From: Macrostomum lignano
Lineage: Eukaryota
Reading direction: 5' to 3'
DNA length: 64,000 nucleotides
NCBI GenBank assembly: GCA_002269645.1
Contig: NIVC01000594.1
Location: 62,001-126,000, forward strand
Every line of letters begins with the position of its first letter. The first letter of the stretch is position 1. Shown one piece after another: positions 12,501 to 25,055 of the stretch. Position numbers and translations under genes: made by a program. The notes below the pieces were generated by a model that was not told the DNA's origin, did not search any database, and saw only the letters and a list, made by a program, of their open reading frames with translations.

Positions 12501-14223
12501 CTCGTTGTCGTTCCAGTAGGCTGGGAAGCCGGCCACGTACAGCTTGCCTGCCAGTGCGTTTGGGTGTGATATGGACAGGTGCACTTGGGACAGATGAGGT
12601 GTCCGCAGACTCAGCACTCACTGGGTGAGCAGAGGGGGAACTGAGCGAATGACTAGAAATGGAGGCCCTCTGTGACTGACTAGAGATGGAGGCCCTCTGT
12701 GACTGACTAGAGATGGAGGCCCTCTGTGACTGACTAGAGATGGAGCCCTCTGTGACTGACTAGAGATGGAGCCCTCTGTGACTGACTAGAGATGGAGCCC
12801 TCTGTGACTGACTAGAGATGGAGCCCTCTGTGACTGACTAGAGATGGAGCCCTCTGTGACTGACTAGAGATGGAGCCCTCTGTGACTGACTAGAGATGGA
12901 GCCCTCTGTGACTGACTAGAGATGGAGGCCCTCTGCGAATGACTAGAGATGGAGGCTGACTAGAGATGGAGGCTGACTAGAGATGGAGGCTGACTAGAGA
13001 TGGAGTCTGACTAGAGATGGAGTCTGACTAGAGATGGAGTCTGACTAGAGATGGAGTCTGACTAGAGATGGAGGCTGACTAGAGATGGAGGCTGACTAGA
13101 GATGGAGGCCTCTGTGACTGACTAGAGATGGAGGCCCTCTGTGACTGACTAGAGATGGAGGCTGACTAGAGATGGAGGCCCTCTGCGAATGACTAGAGAT
13201 GGAGGTTGACTCGAGATGGAGCCCTCTGTGACTGACTAGAGATGGAGCCCTCTGTGACTGACTAGAGATGGAGGCTGACTAGAGATGGAGCCCTCTGTGA
13301 CTGACTAGAGATGGAGCCCTCTGTGACTGACTAGAGATGGAGCCCTCTGTGACTGACTAGAGATGGAGCCCTCTGTGACTGACTAGAGATGGAGGCTGAC
13401 TAGAGATGGAGGCCCTCTGCGAATGACTAGAGATGGAGGTTGACTCGAGATGGAGGCTCTCTGTGACTGACTAGAGATGGAGGCTGACTAGAGATGGAGA
13501 CTGACTAGAGATGGAGCCCTCTGTGACTGACTAGAGATGGAGGCTGACTAGAGATGGAGGCTGACTAGAGATGGAGGCTGATTAGAGATGGAGGCTGACT
13601 AGAGATGGAGGCTGACTAGAGATGGAGACTGACTAGAGATGGAGACTGACTAGAGATGGAGACTGACTAGAGATGGAGACTGACTAGAGATGGAGACTGA
13701 CTAGAGATGGAGACTGAATAGAGATGGAGGCTCTCCGTGAATGCCAGCGATTGATGGCAATCACAAAATCATGACAATCCGGAATTGCGACTGTAGGTAA
13801 ATAAAAGACATCAGACAAACCCGTGTGGCCCAGCTCCTGCTGTGGTATGGCGATGCCAACCCGAATGCATTTGTCCTGAATTAGGCGACCGTTCAACACT
13901 TCGACCGCGCGCTCAGCGTCGTTAGGCGACTCGTAGGAGACGAAGCCGAAGCATTTCGACTCCTTAGTGATTCGATCTCGAACAACAATAGAGTTAGTAG
14001 TTGGCCCAACAGATTCGAATAGTTTCTTAAGCTCGTTATTGCCTATACTGGAGGGCAGGTAGTTGACTATCACTGTGCTTCCAGGCTGACTGCTGCTGGA
14101 TGACGCTCCGTCACCGCTGCCACCACCACTGTTGGCTAGTGATGCGACAGCGCCATTGTTGCCACTGGCCCCAGCAGCTGAGAGGCCGGAGCTGCAGTCC
14201 TGAGCCAGAGCGTCGGACAACTC
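9534..14223 (-). CDS. elav: ELAV/Hu-family RNA-binding protein with five RRMs; exons 14223-13821, 12547-11945, 11055-10616, 10360-10155, 9615-9534; start-codon exon not located
   Basis: All five exons have GT-AG ends with consistent phases. RNP motifs: VIVNYLP...CFGFVSY; LYVAGFP...CSGFVNF; LMVNFLP...CFGFVTY; LYIGNLP...GCGFIEL; LFVYGL...LWELFGPHGAVKSVKVIRD...GYGFVTM...VNGHLLGEKRLQVRFK. The last matches the ELAV RRM3 pattern. Confidence 0.9.
9625..10080. repeat. Intronic 21-bp minisatellite (gagtgggttggggagatttct)n
   Basis: About 21 copies filling the last intron of the ELAV-like gene. Confidence 0.95.
10357..10530. repeat. Intronic ~24-bp repeat overlapping a splice acceptor
   Basis: About 7 copies of ggactgaatgacccgggatttgat. 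The terminal copy supplies the AG acceptor of exon 10360-10155. Confidence 0.85.
11205..11835. repeat. Intronic 22/23-bp minisatellite (ccccataagctactaaata)n
   Basis: About 27 copies between ELAV-like exons. Confidence 0.95.
12650..13735. repeat. Intronic compound minisatellite (gactgactagagatggagccctctgt and short gactagagatggaggct units)
   Basis: Mixed 26-27 bp and 17 bp units sharing the core gactagagatggag. Confidence 0.95.
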
Positions 14224-14397
14224 CTGGAGAAATTTGGGAGCCAATTGGATTGGCCTTTTTGCCAAGCCATAAACTGGATAATACCCCAATAAGACACTGG
14301 TAAATGACTAATAAGCTTCTAAATAATACCCAACAAGTATTGTTACCTGAGACCTATTGGCATTATAAGTCTTATTCTTTAACACTTGAGGGGTTCT

Positions 14398-14640
14398 ACA
14401 GGTTGTAGCCTAGTGGTTAGTGTCAAACTCACAAATTGAAGGTTCGACTCCCAATCCCACTGGAACAATTTGTGTCTTTAAACAAGATACTTAACTCTGC
14501 ATTGCTTCAGTTCACCCAGCCATAAAGTGGGTACCAGCATTAGCTGGGGTAATTGAGGGGGGTATATGATACCCTCTAGTCCTTGGACTGAACAGCCATA
14601 TGCAGCCTTCAATTGCACCATATAATAGTGGTGGCTGAGC
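14398..14640 (+). mobile_element. tRNA-derived SINE with conserved central domain
   Basis: A-box-like gtagcctagtggttag and B-box-like ggttcgactcc are followed by aagatacttaactctgcattgcttcagttcacccagc...tgggtaccagca. A second copy lies inverted at ~36595-36820. Confidence 0.65.
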
Positions 14641-14906
14641 TATTAGTTAAACTAAGTAAAAGTTTTTTATAACATAACAAACTAACCAACTTTGCAAATT
14701 TTATAACCTGATAATTTGTCTATAATTTAGATAATAGTTCTACTAAAATTTATAAACCAATGGGTTTATCATATAAAAAGACAAGATAAACATAAAAACT
14801 ACAAATTTTATACTAGGATTTGGGGGTTGGCATAAGCTATATATAGCTTGCCATAAATGCTAGAGCATTAAATTCTTACATAGGATAGATATGCATTAGT
14901 GCTATA

Positions 14907-16196
14907 TATTCAGTTGAAGGGAAAGTTCTTGCCAATTCTAGAAAAATATAGTGCAAGGAAAATTTTGAAAGTTTTAGAACCTTCCATTGCTGGATTATAA
15001 AGAAGGATAGGTGGGAATCATGTCATAGTCATTGCCTTCTACTTTCTTCAGAATAGCGCCTGAAAAATAGAAAATTCAAAACTATATTTGTCTATGTTTG
15101 CTCTACAACTTTAAATCTAGACTTAATGCATCGACATTGGCACTTCGCATTAATTCTGCATTTAGAGAGGGTACCATGTCCAACAGAACTGCCTGGGACT
15201 AGTTCACTTGTTTCCACAATGGAAACTTTGAACTTGAAGTTCAGCCCCAATCAGGTTGACCATTGGGGGTGGATGATGAGCAGCTGCGCCAGCTTGTAGA
15301 AGTTGATCCCTGCTGAACCTCGCATCAAATGGCAGATATCCTTGGGGTACACCAGACCACCATCATTAATTGCCTACACCAGCTAGGTAGGTGTATAAGT
15401 TGGCACAATGGGTACCCCACGACCTTATTGAGTTTGACCATTGGCATTGCACTGATGCTGCAATGTTTTTTTTGTCCTACCATTGCACAACCCATTGGCT
15501 AACATTCATAGTGATAAGTGACAAAAAGTAGTGTTTATGCACCAATGTGAAATGCTATGCTTTGTGGGTAGACAAAAATGAAGTGTCCACAGCTAAACCA
15601 CAGCTAAAAGCACCACTACACCCTTGGAAAGTGATGCTTAGTATCTAGTAAGACTGCAATGGTGTCATTTACTCATTCATTATGAGCTGCTGCCACCAAA
15701 CCTGACAATTACAATTATACTTATAGCCAACAAGTACTATCAGCAACTGGATGATTTGGCAGCAAAGATCAAAGAAAAGTACCCAAATCATGATCTGGTC
15801 CATTTTTTCACAACAATGCACAGCCACACATGGCAAAGGTTACTTGGCAGAAGCTGCTTGATCTGGGCTGGGAGGTTTTACCCTACCCACCTTATTCATC
15901 GGACCTTGCACCATCTGATTACCACTAGTTCTTATCCTTATTCAGTGCCATGGCCAAGAAATCATTCAATGATAAGCATGAACTCAACATCTAGCTGTGT
16001 GGCTGGACAACTTATTTGCCTCAAAACCAGCTAAGTTCTATAAGGGCGGCATCATGAGTCTGCTACACAAACGATGGCAGAAAGTCATTATATATGATGG
16101 CAATTATTTCACTTTGTGAAGTTGCTTCAGTCCAATAAAAACTCAATACAATTTAAGTTCTTAAAATTGGCAAGAACTTTCCTTTTAACTAAATAT
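14907..16196 (+). mobile_element. Decayed mariner element (~1.3 kb)
   Basis: Inverted termini attcagttgaagggaaagttcttgccaatt and aattggcaagaactttccttttaactaaat with TA flanks. Broken transposase keeps WVPHDL, KVML, NAQPH and HPPYSSDLAPSDYH-type motifs amid stops and frameshifts. Confidence 0.85.
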
Positions 16197-19100
16197 TATA
16201 ATGGTCAATGTAGACCAAATTATTATAGAATAAATTATCTAATACTGATTTTCACTTTTCAGCTTCCTATTTCTTTCAATATTTAATCAAAGTCAAATCT
16301 TTGATTTATTCACAGCTGGGCCAATAAAATGCTTGAAAATGGTCAATGTAAACTAAATACATCTAAGAAAAACTATCTAATACTGGTTTGAGCTTCTTGT
16401 TTCTTTTGATACTCAAGCAAAGTTAAGTCCTAGGCCTACTCCTAGATTTATACCTAGAAATTATCAACCCTTTTTTCTAGTTTAGGACTTATAATTTACT
16501 ATTTTGTATCTTATATCCCTTAAATTATATCTTTCAAATAATAAATTAGTATAATATAATTGACAAAGTGATAGTATCTAAAAAGAACAATTAATACTGA
16601 CCTAGTGGCTATGACAGAGCTTATTAGGCCACATAGACAATGGCAATATCATTGCCATATCAGAAAATATCAAAGAAAGGTGAAATAATAATATGGCAAA
16701 ATTCTTCATTGATACAAATTGTTATTTATAGACTTAATATGCTCTTACATAATTAAAAGGTCCTAAAAAATGAAAATTACAAAAATAATTACAAAAAACT
16801 TCTGCCAGAAGAAGATTAGACCTAGGACCCATCCTCATAGTTCTATAGGCCTAGTTTAGGCATTTTATATGATATAGGCCCCCATCAAAAGTATACTATC
16901 AGTTATCATGCCTTACTTAGGCCTAGCCTTGGCCTTAACAACACCCTGCCATAGTCTTGGTCTACTCTGATTTTATATTAAAGCAAAGTTGCATGTATCT
17001 TTTTTTTAGATAACGACAAAATCGATTTTTTTATAAAATGTAGATGTTGCATGAGTATTATTTACAACTCGAAGCAATCGTATTCGAATCGATCGAATTT
17101 GAATGCACTACTAACTAGGTGAACTAGCATAGCTACTTGACGCAGGTTTATTTTCCCGTGCGATATTCAAATCGATATTCGAAAATAACAAAACTCTAAA
17201 CTTCTAAACCAACAAACATCATGGTTTTTTGCAAGAAAACATATCCCCCATGAGATAAACTTCCTTGAACAAAATTAGAGCTTGCGACAGGAATGAATTT
17301 TATAATTAGATAGGTTGGATAACTGATAGCTAGGTATTAACTAACTACTGATGAATTCCTATCTCTTAAGTGGATCTAGATTGATAAATCACATATGGAC
17401 AGACAGACAACTCATTTTTAGGATATAAGATTCGAGTTGAATTTTCTCTCTGGTGCTGAAAATTGCCACGCAATACTTCACCTGGACATTGCCATTATTA
17501 TAAATGAAACCAACATTAAAACTTCATGCATGCTGCATGCAGAGCTATTCCAGAAGAACTCTAGATGTTATTATCTCCAAAGATAGTATTTAGATATTAT
17601 AAGAACATATCAGTTTTTAAAATCGCTAGTAGTTCCTGTGCATGATGAAGCTTTTAAATTCCGTTTGATCGAGTTGTGATAATTTATTTGGATTGTAATT
17701 ATTCAGTGATTACTATTCTCGTTCGACTCTGCTCTCGTTGGACTGCTGGATTGGGAGAATGTGAGTTGACAAAAGTTGTATCAAAGTGAACCCCGAGCAG
17801 ATAAAACTAACTGCGATCGATGGAAAATTGAACTTGGGGATCGATTTCAAGCAAGAGAGTGCAGTGCAATTCTAAAAAAGCACAAGGGAGGACCAATTAG
17901 AGGGCTGGTACCGCCGGAATCGGTGGGAAAAGCGGAGCAGTTAAAATGTGGTCGACCGATTCTGGCTGTGCTACTGCAACGGCGGCAGAGCGAGAGATCG
18001 AAGAGTCGGGTTTTGCCGTGTAGGTTGCCAGAAATTTGCAGTGACCCGAGCGCAGCTGGGCGAGGGTGGTTCTTTTGGCGCCGGTTGAGAAGCTACTCGG
18101 TGATGTCGATGCAGTGGGGGGAGGCGGTGAACAGCATAGGGTTGATGATCAAAGAGCGCGATGTGCTCACGAACGATGGCGGAATGAATGGTGGTTGTTA
18201 AATTGATGGAGAGAATTTCGGTCGCAGATGACGGGAATATGTTAAGATTAATTGGCACTGAAAGACGGAGTTGCTGAGGTTGCGGAGGTTGCCACGGATG
18301 GTGCGACACGGCAGCGGCTGTTGAAGCATGCCGGTATTCGGGTGGCCGGGGAGGGCGTAGGAGATCCAGTATTTTGGAGGCAATGAGCCCAGAGTGAGTG
18401 ACGCAACAGTCTACGATCGCGTCTTCGCTGCGGTGTTACCACAGGGTCATCACCTTGGCGGCCAATAGTCGTGGATGCAATCTCATAAAACCGGGGCGAC
18501 GGGCGCGGTATGCAATCTCAGTAGATGTCTCCAGCGAATTGGGCATTTGTAAATTACATCGCGTTCGGCCGACGGTATGACATCACGTAGAACACCATGA
18601 TACATGTATCACGCAATTTAAAAATTTGCCAGAGAGGTCAACAGACATCGGAAACATGGGTCGATCTCTGATATTTGTAATAGGGGATTTGTTCCGTACT
18701 CAGCTCAGCTTCATCCAATTCAAATGACACTAAACGCCAGTAGATGACAAATGCATCATGAAAGTAAAAGCATGCAGCATGATGCGGTCTCTCGACTTAG
18801 TGATCTTATACTTCAGTAACTTTTGACAGCTTTTTCGTGGAAAAGTTGCGCTTGTGCTTTTAATCTACGAGTATAATTAAACGCTGCAATCGGCTGTATT
18901 TTTACTTTCTCTGTACCCGATTCCGCTGTTAGCTAGTCTCTGTAATCTACTCTGCATACACGCACGGCCCTTTCTTGAATAGAACAGCATATTCAACTAT
19001 CAGCCAAAAAGCTCGGTGAATGGCCCAACAGGAGCAAGATTTTAGGTGAGGCCGAGGACAAGCACTGAGCATTATCAGCTTAAGTGAAAGCCAGACCGTA

Positions 19101-21084
19101 TAAATTTTTCAACCCATTTTTTCTCTACCTCCCAGATCCAGTTCGAGTCCGAGTAGAGCTTCAGTAACAGAGCAGAAAAAATATAGTCCATACAGTCGTA
19201 ACAACTGCATCGTTTTTTGAGCTTCAAATACGCATCGATGCCTGCCTTGTGTTGTTTGTTTATGCCACCGTCTCCCGCTTTTTATATCGATAGTCGCCGC
19301 CCGTGCCAGTAAGTCAACTGGGTGCATAAGTGGCATTCAATTGTTACTTCAGAATCTCTTCTTGTCACACTGGTTGCAGAGAGGGTCCATGAGATTTGCC
19401 CGCAGACGAATAAAATGCAGCCAAGAAGAACACCTGTGGTGCCACATATTAATGTGACGTTAATGAGTGACGAGTCCTATACTCGATATAAAACAGCATC
19501 AGCTGAGGGGTGTGGGCACCTTGGCGCAACGCCTTTGGCGACATCATCACACAACCAGAGCTGACGGCAATTCTACCTATTCGGCTGACTCCTGAGAACA
19601 TACAAGAGCGCCAGTAGTGTACCGCAGGCACGCACTCGTGTGCACGCTCACACAGGGTGTACAGCGGGCATGTACACTCTATTCGCCTTGAGGGTTGGCC
19701 CCATAGTCTATGGATCTTATTAATGTATCAAACCGGAATCAAATCGAGGGCTCGTATAGCGCGAGAGGTTACCGATGAGCAGCTCCTTCCCCGAGTCCTC
19801 CCCCAAGGAATGGTCTGACAAATCTACCACCGAATTCAGCTTGGAAGCACTACACAAATCAGCTGAATGGCAGCTGCACGAACAGCCCTGGCATTTGTCC
19901 TATGACCTTTAGATAGGCGAATTTCTGGATCTGAAACGGCGCGCAACCCGGGACAGTGCAATTGGGGGCTTTCGCCTCCACGGAGAGCGGTTGGGGTGAA
20001 CAGGGGAGTCGGTCTCCATTAGTCGGTAAGTCGAGATCTCAGGTTTAAGACCGCCTGGCCTATTCCGGGAGTGTCGTCTGCACATTGTCAAGGACCACTG
20101 TAGTATAACAGGACATAAAACAGGACATGAACAATGACTGCATTTTATCTGAGACAGTGAAGATTACCGTTTTTTCATTTACAATTTTATTGAATATATA
20201 GCTGTGGTTGTAGTGAAAGTTTCATTTTCATATTCTTTTCTTTTTATTTCATAAGCCTAAAGTTCTAAATACTCACAAGTGGCATTAGCTTGACTTATAT
20301 TTTATTTCTTGTTGCATGCAGGTACTCTAAGCTATTATTGTAGGTAAAATTCCACTTCTAGTATTAGTTCCTGCATATACATACATAAACAGTTTAAACA
20401 GTTAGTGCATACAACTTGGGCACATGAAATAAAAAGAGAATAATATGAAAAAGAGACTTTCACTACACGGCTGCATAAAATCCAACAGATTAACATGCTG
20501 TGCATGGTAAATTAAAAGAATGACAATTTTCACTGCCCCGATGAAAAATGATATTGTTATATCCACAGTGCGATTTTTCCAGGAAATAGGCCTCCAAAAA
20601 TCACACAATCATTAAGTTTTACGTGCTGTTATACTACAGCGGTCCTTGCACTTTGTCCGGGGCGCTCCCATGCGGGGCCCTGGGAAAAAGGCTGGCTCCA
20701 TACCCCAAGCAGGAACAAATCCTGTACTTACTCCTGTAGCGCGCCTTAGAGTGCACGAATGGGAGGCAAGAGAAGGCGAATCCCTCTCAGCATCGGGAAA
20801 GGAAGGAAGGAGTCCCTGAGCGGAGGGCAGGAAAATTTCACCAATTGCCGCCCCGGCCTAAGAGTGAGAGACGATTAATAGTCAGCCAATGGACTGCAGA
20901 AGCCGAGTGCTTAAGGGGAAAGGGGGATGCGGCACTCTGGGGGGGGGAACCTGCTAAGCGGGAGAACATTTAGGGATAAAAATGGACTGGGGCACGCACT
21001 GGCAAGCACAGCACTGGCCTGGGGAGTTGGAGAATTACTGCGGCCGACTGTCAAACTACATGCGTTTCAGACTAAGCAAAGAGG

Positions 21085-22839
21085 ATGATGCTGTACGAAG
21101 AGCTGCTGTCCAGCATCTCCAAGTCGGGGCCCTGCTACCGTTGGGGCATCACCCTGATGATCTCCTTCCTGTCCATGAAGGCGGCTTTCGACATGTTTCT
21201 GCTCAACCTGTCCACAGCGCAGGTGCCGTTTCACTGCGCCGAGGCCCTGCTGGACAATGGCAGCGAGGCTGCCCCGGTGCTGCCCTGGAGTTCAATACTG
21301 TCAAACTACAGCCTGGCGTCCCCGGTGAACATCACGGACTTCCAATGCAGCCGACCGCGCCTCGTTGCCAGTCCAGATGGCTCGCTCAGATTGGCTACGG
21401 GGGGACACGGATCTAACGAGACTAATCCCGACCGGTGCGAGTCCTGGACCTTCCTAGTGCCGGGCCGGAGCATTCTCAGCGAGTACCAGCTGGTGTGCGA
21501 CCGGCAGTACCTTAACGACCGGATGCAGACGGTGCTGCAGCTGGGCATCTGCTTGGCCACGCTGCTCGGCCCGCTGGGTGACGCGGTGGGCCGGAAGCCG
21601 GTGCTGCTGGCCCTCTGCTACCTGAACCTGGCCAGCAGCATGGCTGCCGTCTTCGTGACCGACCTGACCTGGCAGATGGTGCTGCGCTTCTTCATGGGCT
21701 GCGGCGACCCGGCCCAGCTGATGGGCCTCATGCTCATCACGGAGATCGTGTCGCAGGAGTACCGCAGCCAGCACGGCAATCTGTTCTGGATCACATGGAC
21801 CCTGGCCTACATGGGCTCGGCAGGGGTGGCCTACCTGCTGACCGACTGGCGACTCCAGCTGGCCGTGGTGGTCGGCGTCACCGGGCTGAGCTATGCCGCC
21901 TATGCTCCGCTGCTGCCGGAGTCGCCGCGCTGGCTGCTGACCCGGCGCAAGACTCAGCGAGCCAGACGCGTCCTGCGCCAAATCTGCCAGCTGAGCGGCT
22001 GCGAGGACGCGCTGAGCCGGTTCAGCTTCGAGAACAACGAGCTGGTGTGCGGCGGCGGCTCGGGCCACTCGGAGCCCGGACTGTGCAGGTGCATCCCCAG
22101 GGCCAACATCTGCCGGCCAGTTTACCTGGTCACGCTGGCTGTGGTGACGTTGAGCTTTTTCACATCGAACCTGGTCTATCACGCGCTCTGCTTCCAGCGC
22201 GACTTAATCGCCAGCGACCCGTACGTGAATGTGGCCATTGCCGGGGCGCTGGAGCTGCCAGCCCACGTGGTCGCCTGGCCGCTTATTAACCGGCTGGGCA
22301 GGCGGGGGACAACAGTAGGCAGCATGTGCCTGACAGGTGTAGCTCTGGTTGCTATGCCGTTGCTACCCAGCATGCCTGGAGCGACCCAGGTGCAGAGCTG
22401 CCTGGCTGTGGCGGCCAAGTTCAGCAGCACAGTTACCTACAGCGTGCTGAACGTCTACGGCGCCGAGGTGCTGCCAACGAAGGTGCGCAGCTGCTCGCTG
22501 TTCTTGGCCTACAGCATCATGACGGTTGGCCAGTTCCTCGCTCCGGAGCTCGGCGGCGTCCTGGCCGCGCGGCACCCGGCGTTGCCCGGCCTGCTGTACG
22601 GTGGCTCTACGGCGCTGGTCGGCCTGCTGGTGCTGCTGCTGCCGGAGACGCGAGGCCGCGCCATGCCGAACTCGGTGCGCCAGATGCGCCCGCTGAGCCA
22701 CTGCTGCAGCGGCAGCCAGCCCGACTTGAAGGCGGCCGACGCCGAGGAGGATAAAGGTGACAACGACGAGCTGGCGGCCGGAGTCGCGCTGAAAGACGAC
22801 GAATCAGCGCGGCGAGACAGTCAGGAACAGCCGGTATAA
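21085..22839 (+). CDS. SLC22/organic cation transporter-like MFS protein (584 aa, single exon)
   Basis: Multiple hydrophobic segments and a large N-terminal loop with Cys and N-glycosylation sequons. Motifs EYQLVCDR, DAVGRKP, EIVSQEYR, LPESPRWL, LGRR, EVLPTKVR and LPETRG. Confidence 0.92.
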   Translation: MMLYEELLSSISKSGPCYRWGITLMISFLSMKAAFDMFLLNLSTAQVPFHCAEALLDNGSEAAPVLPWSSILSNYSLASPVNITDFQCSRPRLVASPDGSLRLATGGHGSNETNPDRCESWTFLVPGRSILSEYQLVCDRQYLNDRMQTVLQLGICLATLLGPLGDAVGRKPVLLALCYLNLASSMAAVFVTDLTWQMVLRFFMGCGDPAQLMGLMLITEIVSQEYRSQHGNLFWITWTLAYMGSAGVAYLLTDWRLQLAVVVGVTGLSYAAYAPLLPESPRWLLTRRKTQRARRVLRQICQLSGCEDALSRFSFENNELVCGGGSGHSEPGLCRCIPRANICRPVYLVTLAVVTLSFFTSNLVYHALCFQRDLIASDPYVNVAIAGALELPAHVVAWPLINRLGRRGTTVGSMCLTGVALVAMPLLPSMPGATQVQSCLAVAAKFSSTVTYSVLNVYGAEVLPTKVRSCSLFLAYSIMTVGQFLAPELGGVLAARHPALPGLLYGGSTALVGLLVLLLPETRGRAMPNSVRQMRPLSHCCSGSQPDLKAADAEEDKGDNDELAAGVALKDDESARRDSQEQPV

Positions 22840-23329
22840 AGAGACAAGCACTAAAAAACCCCGTCTTACATGTATCGCGTGCAGGTTCAGACAGACTCAA
22901 GCAGGCAGATTCAAGCATTTGTTTCAGAACTAAGCCAGCTGGGATCGCCCACATTGGCCATAGATTGAGGAGAGGTACTGCCGAAATAGCAAGTTCCGAC
23001 AGCGGATTTCGGCTACGCCTACGAGTAGACTGGAGCATTTGATTCCCCCAGGCCGTGTATATGGGAGGCTTCATTGACTCAGTGGATAGACCCAAACGCA
23101 TCATTAGAGAGCAGGGTTAGAGCAGGAAGCTTTTTAATGAGCAAAACGGCAGGTGATCTGTGGGGGGAGGAGGCGAAGAGCAGAGAGCACCGAGACTGGA
23201 AGATCGCGTCCTGTTTCAGGCAGCTGTCCGCCCCATTCAAATATCCCAACTGCTCAGGGGGAAGGCGTGATATCGTCCTTTCCTATTGATAAAACACTGC
23301 AGAGTATGTTGCGACGCAAGTAGAGTTGC

Positions 23330-24057
23330 TCATTTGTAGGGGTTGTTGCTATTTGTAGGGGTTGTTGCTCATTTGTAGGGGTTGTTGCTATTTGTAGGGG
23401 TTGTTGCTCATTTGTAGGGGTTGTTGCTATTTGTAGGGGTTGTTGCTCATTTGTAGGGGTTGTTGCTATTTGTAGGGGTTGTTGCTCATTTGTAGGGGTT
23501 GTTGATCATTTGTAGGGGTTGTTGATCATTTGTAGGGGTTGCTGCTCATTTCTAGGGGTTGTTGATCATTTGTAGGGTTATTGCTCATCTGTAGGGGTTG
23601 TTGCTATTTGTAGGGGTTGTTGCTATTTGTAGGGGTTGTTGCTCATTTGTAGGGGTTGTTGCTATTTGTAGGGGTTGTTGCTCATTTGTAGGGGTTGTTG
23701 ATCATTTGTAGGGGTTGCTGCTCATTTCTAGGGTTGTTGATCATTTGTAGGGGTTATTGCTCATTTGTAGGGGTTGTTGCTAGTTGTAGGGGTTGTTGCT
23801 CATTTGTAGGGGTTGTTGCTATTTGTAGGGGTTGTTGCTATTTGTAGGGGTTGTTGCTCATTTGTAGGGGTTGCTGCTCATTTCTAGGGGTTGTTGATCA
23901 TTTGTAGGGGTTGTTGCTCATTTGTAGGGGTTGTTGCTATTTGTAGGGGTTGTTGCTCATTTGTAGGGGTTGTTGCTCATTTGTAGGGGTTGTTGCTCAT
24001 TTGTAGGGGTTGTTGCTATTTGTAGGGGTTGTTGCTCATTTGTAGGGGTTGTTGCTC
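23330..24057. repeat. 19/21-bp minisatellite (gttgttgctcatttgtagggg)n
   Basis: About 35 copies with alternating ctcatt/ctatt variants. Confidence 0.95.
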
Positions 24058-24516
24058 GGTTCTCGGAATTTTCTGGTGGTCGTTGGGAGTTGACAAGAAA
24101 AAAGGGACGCTGGCTCAAGCCCCAGATCTTCGACAGTTTGCGTTTGAAATTTGAACCCCTGCACAATGCGCTTCTCAGAGGACGGACGATTGTTGGCTCG
24201 CTTTCTTTTTTGCTGGATATTTCCAAAATTTCAACAAAACATGTGTACTCGTAAAAACTTTTATTGTTGTCCTTTGATTACTAAAATATCGTACATAATT
24301 TGCTCTAGTTGATGCCAATAGACTCAAAACAAAATGGTGGTTGTAACCTTCATTAGATTGCTATACTTTCAACAAATTATTCCAATTTTCAATCGGAAGA
24401 GGGGAAATAGAATTAAATTTCTGAGCAAGCCAGCTTCCTTGAGTGCTGTTATTGCATATTGTTTCGGCCTTTTAAACCTATATATTTATCGAGTACTTGA
24501 TTCGATATCGAGTATC

Positions 24517-25055
24517 GAGACACAGGAGCACAGGGAGACACAGGAGCGCAGGGAGACACAGGAGCGCAGGGAGACACAGGAGCGCAGGGAGACACAGGAG
24601 CGCAGGGAGACACAGGAGCGCAGGGAGACACAGGAGCGCAGGGAGACACAGGAGCGCAGGGAGACACAGGAGCGCAGGGAGACACAGGAGCGCAGGGAGA
24701 CACAGGAGCGCAGGGAGACACAGGAGCGCAGGGAGACACAGGAGCGCAGGGAGACACAGGAGCGCAGGGAGACACAGGAGCGCAGGGAGACACAGGAGCG
24801 CAGGGAGACACAGGAGCGCAGGGAGACACAGGAGCGCAGGGAGACACAGGAGCGCAGGGAGACACAGGAGCGCAGGGAGACACAGGAGCGCAGGGAGACA
24901 CAGGAGCGCAGGGAGACACAGGAGCGCAGGGAGACACAGGAGCGCAGGGAGACACAGGAGCGCAGGGAGACACAGGAGCGCAGGGAGACACAGGAGCGCA
25001 GGGAGACACAGGAGCGCAGGGAGACACAGGAGCGCAGGCAGACACAGGAGCGCAA
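24517..25055. repeat. Near-perfect 18-bp minisatellite (gagacacaggagcgcagg)n
   Basis: About 29-30 essentially identical copies; source of the RRETQE pseudo-ORF. Confidence 0.98.

Noticed and set aside
14398-14470. Possible tRNA gene
   Set aside because: A and B boxes are present but there is no complete cloverleaf; it continues into a SINE body also found at ~36595-36820.
21306-23104. Antisense and alternate-frame ORFs over the SLC22 gene
   Set aside because: They are shadows of a GC-rich coding sequence with no independent motifs.
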